DNA of 64,000 nucleotides from a virus. The stretch covers positions 4,092 to 68,091 of the IMG/VR virus record IMGVR_UViG_3300045257_000045. One strand, 5' to 3'. Under the pieces are notes generated by a model. The model saw only the letters and a program-made list of their open reading frames with translations, was not told the origin of the DNA and ran no database searches. Positions 58,753-64,000 of the stretch are shown piece after piece. The position numbers and the translations under genes were made by a program. Each line of letters begins with the position of its first letter. Position 1 is the first letter of the stretch.

Positions 58753-58864
58753 ATAGATGGCTCCTTTAAGGTGTGAAATGAAAACTGTGCTGCACACACG
58801 CGACTCGTGTGTCTAGTACTTACTCCGTGGCCCGTGTGTGCAGGCCAAGTCTTCCACGAAGTCT

Positions 58865-59674
58865 TTAACCGATGAGACCGGCTTCGACGGCATGTGCACG
58901 TCTGCGCCTGTACTCTGCCGGGTCTTCCCGACCCAGCTTTTGGGCCAGCGCCCCATTTGACTTAGGACCGAACAAGTCCTCAAGAGGAGTCATCCCGGCC
59001 TTGCTGGAACCGGTGCCGGTGACACTCCCAACACCGCCCTTGAAGTCGCTACGAACCATGTACTTGTGCTTCGAGGCGTAGTCGGCGTAATACTCATCCA
59101 GCGACATGGGCTCCATCTGAGCGTTCAGTCGAGGCTGGTCGCCGTCGCCAACCACAATGTACTTGCCACGAGACTCGTCATAGCGGATAGATCCGCTCGT
59201 CAAGGCTGCAACGTCGTCGGGGTTGTAGAACCCGTGCTGGCCTGCGGCACTCTTGATCTCGGCGTCGCGCTTGATGCGGGTGATCTCCGCGCGGGCTTCG
59301 GTTGTTTCCTGGGCCTTGCGATTAGCCGCAGCCACGAGCTGTTCTTTCTCAGTCTTGAAGCTCTCGCTGACGGCCTTCATCTCAGCGATCTGCGCCTGAA
59401 GTGCTTCCACGTCTGCCGTGGCCGCATCCTTCTTAGCGCCTACAGGGGCCTTGGCGGCGGCGGCTTTCGCAGCGGCCAACTCGGTCTTTAAGGCGTCGGT
59501 TTCCGCTTTGAGGGCGGCGTGTTCCGCGCGCAGCTCTTTGGCTGCTTCGCTCTTACCGGCGATAATCAGTTCGGTGACTTTGGCCTGTTGGCGTTCATCG
59601 AACGTTACCTTCTGTGCTTCCTTCTCGGCGTCAATCAGATCCTGTGCGGCTTTCAATTCGGCGGGTGTTGCCAT
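58865..59674 (-). CDS. Capsid scaffolding protein
   Basis: VTFDERQ start, coiled coil, KYMVRSDFKGG, ends DPAEYRR; immediately upstream of the capsid gene. Confidence 0.82.
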   Translation of the reverse strand: MATPAELKAAQDLIDAEKEAQKVTFDERQQAKVTELIIAGKSEAAKELRAEHAALKAETDALKTELAAAKAAAAKAPVGAKKDAATADVEALQAQIAEMKAVSESFKTEKEQLVAAANRKAQETTEARAEITRIKRDAEIKSAAGQHGFYNPDDVAALTSGSIRYDESRGKYIVVGDGDQPRLNAQMEPMSLDEYYADYASKHKYMVRSDFKGGVGSVTGTGSSKAGMTPLEDLFGPKSNGALAQKLGREDPAEYRRRRAHAVEAGLIG

Positions 59675-59813
59675 GATGGTGTTCCTGTTCTTACCCTGTA
59701 GTCTTCTCTGTGCGTTGGGTTAGGTGCGCAGATGTACCCCTAAACAAGTTGTCCCTGGTCGGCGGGGTTAGTGCGGCCAGGGACGGTGTTTCGAATGTAG
59801 TGTTTTGCCAGCC

Positions 59814-59999
59814 TTAGAAGTTGGCGGGCATTTTGAGCTTGCTGATCTTCTTGCTCTTCAGCGCAATCGAGGACTCGACGCCCATCGTGCTGAGTCCGCT
59901 CTTGGGCGGGCTCCAACGGGCCTGACCGAGGTTAGCGGGGACGGACTCTTTCTTGGTGCCGTGAGGCCCAGGTCCGCGAAGTTGGTTAGATACTGCCAT
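59814..59999 (-). CDS. Small basic protein
   Basis: AAGGAG RBS, MAVSNQLRG... Confidence 0.55.
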   Translation of the reverse strand: MAVSNQLRGPGPHGTKKESVPANLGQARWSPPKSGLSTMGVESSIALKSKKISKLKMPANF

Positions 60000-60030
60000 G
60001 ATGATAAATCTCCTTGATGAAAGTTGGTTG

Positions 60031-61647
60031 CTACTCTTGCAACTTGGTGGTAGCTGATACGTTGACCGAGTGACCGGAGTCTTTCTGATAGACGGTGGCG
60101 TCGCCTTGCTTAGGCTTCTGCTGCGCACCGGGCGATGTCGGAGGCGCTCCAAGCAGCGCTATCTTCTGATCTGCCATCCACGAAGGGAAGTTCATGGAGT
60201 CGATTTCCTTGTCAACCTTGATCTGGTCGTCAAGAGGAAGTTTGCCGTCGTACTCGTGAACCATCCGTTTGAGTTGGGACTTAACAAACGTCTCTGACGG
60301 AATCTGGAAGTCCTTGACGAGAATCTGTAACTGGGTAAGGGCGCTGGTCAAACTGGTAAGTTCGTAGCGATCCTTGTACTTGATCTTGCCGTCCCACGTC
60401 TTACCGAGAATCTTCATGGTGAGTTCCATGAGAGAGGTCTCGACGCGCTCCAGCATGTCGGCGCGACTGGAGATGAACGGAACGGTACGGCTGAAGGACT
60501 GCGACTGGGAGAAGCCGCTTGACTTCTCACCGTTAGACATCTCGCTACCCATCTCCTGCGAAGCGCGCAAGAAGATCTGGTTGATGATACGAGCCCGTTC
60601 GTCTTGCAGAACCTTAGCCGGGTCTACCGGTGGAGTGATGTACGACGGGGTCTTAGCGCCTTTCGGGTATGACATCACATTCGATGTCCCGATGTCCCCC
60701 TCGCTCTGCTCTGCCAGAGGTATACCAGACTCGACTTCCACTCCCAAGATGTTGAAGCACTGGCGATACAGGAACTCGTCCAGCATACTGGTCAGGTTCA
60801 AGATCTTCCGATTGTTGTACGCGAAGTCCTTCAAGAACGAAGACCCGAGGTGGGGGTTCGTCTTGTTCGGTTTGTGCCTCGCCACCCTAATCGGGATTTC
60901 TCCGAGAGTGTTAATCACCACCGGTTCTTTGGGCAGAACTACCGGCTTCTTCGGATCTGTAATGTCTATCTCGCTGACCGCTGTGTAGGTGGTGTAGAAC
61001 TCCGTGTAGCGCTCCAACCGGCACGGACTGCCGTTGCGGAACTCGGTGCATTCCTCGCGTCGCTTGGCGTACACAAGTGTCCCGAACCCGTCACACACCC
61101 AGTCTGTGATTTGCTCTGGGGTGATAATCACCCAGTAGGGGCGGAGGTTGTTGTCCTGCTCGTACTGCTTAGAGATGACACCGACCTCTGCGGGCAGCTT
61201 GGGGGCGTCCACCAGGACGTACACTAGGCCGAAGATCTGGGCGTCGTCTTCCACCTGTCGCATAAAGTCGTCAATGGTCTCTTTGCGGAGACTGACGTCT
61301 TTGACGAAGTCGCGGTAGAAGTCTTCGTTGCTAACACCGGACCTGTCAATGGACTCAGAGAAGATGAAGTTTGTGAAGAAGTCAACGACCGGTTCACAAT
61401 AATTCATGTTGTCAAGCCGTTTGAGCCTGTCCTCGTAGTCGGTCTGGTTCTCGCGCTGGTGTTTGAACAGATTGGACGCTATGGCAAAAGCCTCTCCCCC
61501 TTCGTAGGCCGACAGGTAGAAGGCCCAACGAGGGGCGTACTCTTTCCACAGTTCGTTGGTGGAGCGCAGCCGTTTGACTTCATCGCTTTCTTCCAAGCCA
61601 GCAGCCCCGCCAAAGGCGTCGAGTGGTAGCATTACTGAGTTCGACAT
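60031..61647 (-). CDS. Portal protein
   Basis: AYEGG, YEDRLKR...NYCEPVVD, FGLVYVLVD, NTLGEIPI, EKSSG; 538 aa. Confidence 0.9.
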   Translation of the reverse strand: MSNSVMLPLDAFGGAAGLEESDEVKRLRSTNELWKEYAPRWAFYLSAYEGGEAFAIASNLFKHQRENQTDYEDRLKRLDNMNYCEPVVDFFTNFIFSESIDRSGVSNEDFYRDFVKDVSLRKETIDDFMRQVEDDAQIFGLVYVLVDAPKLPAEVGVISKQYEQDNNLRPYWVIITPEQITDWVCDGFGTLVYAKRREECTEFRNGSPCRLERYTEFYTTYTAVSEIDITDPKKPVVLPKEPVVINTLGEIPIRVARHKPNKTNPHLGSSFLKDFAYNNRKILNLTSMLDEFLYRQCFNILGVEVESGIPLAEQSEGDIGTSNVMSYPKGAKTPSYITPPVDPAKVLQDERARIINQIFLRASQEMGSEMSNGEKSSGFSQSQSFSRTVPFISSRADMLERVETSLMELTMKILGKTWDGKIKYKDRYELTSLTSALTQLQILVKDFQIPSETFVKSQLKRMVHEYDGKLPLDDQIKVDKEIDSMNFPSWMADQKIALLGAPPTSPGAQQKPKQGDATVYQKDSGHSVNVSATTKLQE

Positions 61648-61656
61648 GGTGTTGTC

Positions 61657-62598
61657 CTATTGAGGTATCTGGTTGGCTTTGAAATACGCCAGGGTTTCGT
61701 TCAAGGTTCTAACGCTGCTGGCGTCCACGAGTCGCGCATACTCTGCGCTACGGTTATGAGCAATTTGAAGAAGGTCGTACATCGGCAGCGCCGCTCCCAA
61801 CCGCAGATGGCACTTGGTTACAAAGCTGTCGAAGAGTTTATACAGCCACTCTTCGCCGCCAGCTACGTGCGCTGATACAAGTAGGTTGATGTAGTAGTCG
61901 TCGTAGTAGTGTCTAGGGTAACCACGCGCACCGGCATAATGGTAATGGGACAAGTTAGGATCTAACCACACTTCCTTGCCCAGACGCCACAGCTTCAGGT
62001 CACACGCTAATTCCTCACCGGCGTAACCTACAAACAAGGATTCGGGGCCGTAGCCGCCGCAGGCTTCCCAGACACTCCTACGCACTACGAATGCTCCATG
62101 ACCACCCGCAGCGATGCGGTAGGGTTTGTGCCTTCCTTCGTACGGCTGTAGAGCTGACTGAGCCCAGAAGTTGAAGGGCAGAGTCAGCTCGTACTGGTAA
62201 TGCGTACCTTGGCCGCTGTGAAACATCGTCGTGGAGTGAAGCAACCCTATGTCTTCGCTCTCGAAGTCAAGAACTGCCCTGTCGAAGTATTGGCGACCTA
62301 CCAAGCAATGATTGTCAAAAAAGAATAGTAATTCTCCGTCAGCCGCCGCAGAACCTCTTTGGCGGGCTACAGGGGGAGACAGAGGTTCGTCAAAATGAAG
62401 ATGCTTGAGAAGTCTACCGGTTGCTTCCAGTTGCTGAAGAGTGTTCCTAGTGTCTACGTCGAACTCCCCACCGTTCGTGACGATCACGTAGTTGTATGTC
62501 TTTTTGCTGCGGAGCAGATCCTCCTCGCAACTGTGAATGGTCGCCCACAGGCCGAGCGCGCTACCTCGATGAGGAATGATGATTGTAAAGTCTGTCAT
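61657..62598 (-). CDS. Glycosyltransferase family 2
   Basis: FTIIIPH, ARQRGSAAADGELLFFFDNH, VRRSVWEACGGY, EELACDLKLWRLG. Confidence 0.88.
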   Translation of the reverse strand: MTDFTIIIPHRGSALGLWATIHSCEEDLLRSKKTYNYVIVTNGGEFDVDTRNTLQQLEATGRLLKHLHFDEPLSPPVARQRGSAAADGELLFFFDNHCLVGRQYFDRAVLDFESEDIGLLHSTTMFHSGQGTHYQYELTLPFNFWAQSALQPYEGRHKPYRIAAGGHGAFVVRRSVWEACGGYGPESLFVGYAGEELACDLKLWRLGKEVWLDPNLSHYHYAGARGYPRHYYDDYYINLLVSAHVAGGEEWLYKLFDSFVTKCHLRLGAALPMYDLLQIAHNRSAEYARLVDASSVRTLNETLAYFKANQIPQ

Positions 62599-62620
62599 AA
62601 AGGTAGCGCGTTACTTTGCC

Positions 62621-64000
62621 TTAGGGAACTAGCACTCTCGGTGTACGAGAAGCCATATCGTATCTAACCACTCCCATTTCCGAGAGCAGCTCAGAGTCGG
62701 ACAGTCCGCGAGAGAATACGGCTATCTGCCCAATGGTCCCGTGGAATGCTTGGGAGCCGCCGGAAAGAGATCCCACTTTCAAGGCGTTTGCCCCTAGTGC
62801 AGTCCCGTCTGTGAACGTTGTTAACGCAGTCAACGGTAAAGTAGAACCTAGACCTGAATTGCCGTACACTGTAACAGCGGACCCTACACGACGAACTACC
62901 AGCGTTACGAACGCACCGTCCGTGGAGAGTGAGAATGCAGAAGATGTGGTGCCGCCTACCTTCACCTTCCAGGAGTTGCCAACGCTTGAATCGCGCAATA
63001 TTTGGAAATCAGTCTTGTCGAGAACCATCTCATTAAATATTACGGGTTGTGTGCCTTCGTGCTTAAACGTCAGGAACACGGTTAAGTCTGTAAGCGCCAC
63101 GTTGTAGGGGGTTGTAATGGTAACTGGTGTGGGGTTAGTCATCGAGTCAGCTTGAGGCCACCCGGTTCTTAATCCATCCCCATCATTGACCACCAACTGC
63201 GTTGCGATACCAGTCACTTGGTAGCCGTTCGGCTTCCCAGCCTTAGGCCCGGCATAGTCGGTAATGGTTGTTGACCAAACCGGCATATCCATTAACCATA
63301 GAGCGTCAAGACCGTTTGCGATGTGCGTTGTCTTTGTTCCAAACCAGGATGTATGAGGCGTCGGGTTTGCTTGCGATCTGGGCACGAATCTAACCCACTT
63401 GTAGAACGGAGCATACTCGTCCGTACCGGAGTTTAGAAAGTTGCCAGTCACAGCCACTTTACAAGTCACACTACCGTCCGCTGGGTACAAGCAACTGCTC
63501 TCCAGAAGCTGCGGCATGGTCGGCCCGAACGTTGGGTTGTTCACCGGGTCTGGAGGAATATAACCGGCCAGCGTAGCGTCTAGCATGGCGGTAGGGTAAG
63601 GCCCAATGTCCCATGCCAGGATTCCGGCGCTGCCGTCGTTGTAACCCTCGCTGCCGGTGATCGGTGCCGGGGTCGGAGCAAAGCCAAGAAATACCCAGCG
63701 ATTGATGCCCCCGCCTATCCAACTGATGGTGCCCCTGCGACCGTACGGGTATTCGTTGAAGTCTTTGTAAGACCCGAACCCGGCGTCGGTAATCGTCGTC
63801 CAGTTGGAGTCCAGGAGCATATCACTACCGTGCCCCGTACCGTTGTATATCTGGTTGATCGTCTGTCCGTTTTGCGTAACCGCGATGTTGTTCACCGGGG
63901 TTCTAATGACAGAGAAGTTCTCGATGCCGTTGGTGTACGCGAAGTGGTATATCCACGCATCCGTACCCACATTGTGAGTTACCGGGAACTGGTACCCTGG
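62621..64000 (-). CDS. Large virion-associated protein with C-terminal LamG/concanavalin-A-like domain (5' end outside the window)
   Basis: LKVGS...FHGTIGQIAVFSRGLSDSEL; frame open to the window edge. Confidence 0.75.
   Translation of the reverse strand, partial: PGYQFPVTHNVGTDAWIYHFAYTNGIENFSVIRTPVNNIAVTQNGQTINQIYNGTGHGSDMLLDSNWTTITDAGFGSYKDFNEYPYGRRGTISWIGGGINRWVFLGFAPTPAPITGSEGYNDGSAGILAWDIGPYPTAMLDATLAGYIPPDPVNNPTFGPTMPQLLESSCLYPADGSVTCKVAVTGNFLNSGTDEYAPFYKWVRFVPRSQANPTPHTSWFGTKTTHIANGLDALWLMDMPVWSTTITDYAGPKAGKPNGYQVTGIATQLVVNDGDGLRTGWPQADSMTNPTPVTITTPYNVALTDLTVFLTFKHEGTQPVIFNEMVLDKTDFQILRDSSVGNSWKVKVGGTTSSAFSLSTDGAFVTLVVRRVGSAVTVYGNSGLGSTLPLTALTTFTDGTALGANALKVGSLSGGSQAFHGTIGQIAVFSRGLSDSELLSEMGVVRYDMASRTPRVLVP

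Larger units (their letters stand above)
1..64000. mobile_element. Tailed dsDNA bacteriophage genome segment (siphovirus-like), continuing beyond the window
   Basis: Portal-scaffold-capsid-head/tail-tail tube-chaperone-tape measure gene order on - strand; phage replication and nucleotide genes on + strand; dense ATGA/TAATG-coupled small ORFs. Confidence 0.96.

Noticed and set aside
57874-58776. 300-aa + strand ORF and similar long antisense ORFs (e.g. 12323-13009, 16660-17403, 55371-55961)
   Set aside because: Shadow frames of strongly codon-biased genes on the opposite strand; no motifs or RBS
1-64000. Alternative genetic code / stop-codon reassignment
   Set aside because: Conserved genes are full-length in the standard code and use all three stops; the tRNA anticodon is CCA, not a suppressor

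Overview
The window is part of a tailed dsDNA phage genome with a siphovirus-type layout (tape measure and tail tube, no sheath gene seen) and two convergent arms. The + strand arm (about 0.2-34.8 kb) carries many small early genes, an amidoligase + class II glutamine amidotransferase pair, a ParB-like protein, a TraR/DksA zinc finger, a PD-(D/E)XK exonuclease, tRNA-Trp, a putative SSB, an array of tRNA-sized structured RNAs followed by an RNA ligase, an SF2 helicase, a patatin, a PEP-CTERM surface protein, a T7-gp4/Twinkle-type primase-helicase, HNH nucleases, a resolvase, RecA, NUDIX, class II RNR, and HD, NDT-like and GT2 enzymes. The - strand arm (about 34.8-64 kb) carries, in transcription order, a LamG protein, GT2, portal, scaffold, major capsid, head-tail genes, tail tube, a frameshifted tail chaperone, tape measure, tail tip/fibre genes, a phosphoesterase, dNMP kinase and a lysis region. 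Six copies of a conserved promoter (TTGACA-N18, GTGTGC in the spacer) organise transcription. No DNA polymerase, full-length terminase, integrase or CRISPR array is recognisable. The PEP-CTERM protein implies a Gram-negative, exosortase-encoding host; Acidobacteriota is my inference. The most unusual signals are: (i) stand-alone mini-proteins resembling fragments of the major capsid A-domain, the terminase ATPase and an MqsA antitoxin (candidate decoy anti-defence kit); (ii) an array of aberrant tRNA-like RNAs next to an RNA ligase; (iii) several phage-encoded exported proteins, including a PEP-CTERM protein and a 34-aa signal-peptide + PPDPW peptide. All family calls are by motif recognition only; no searches were run.
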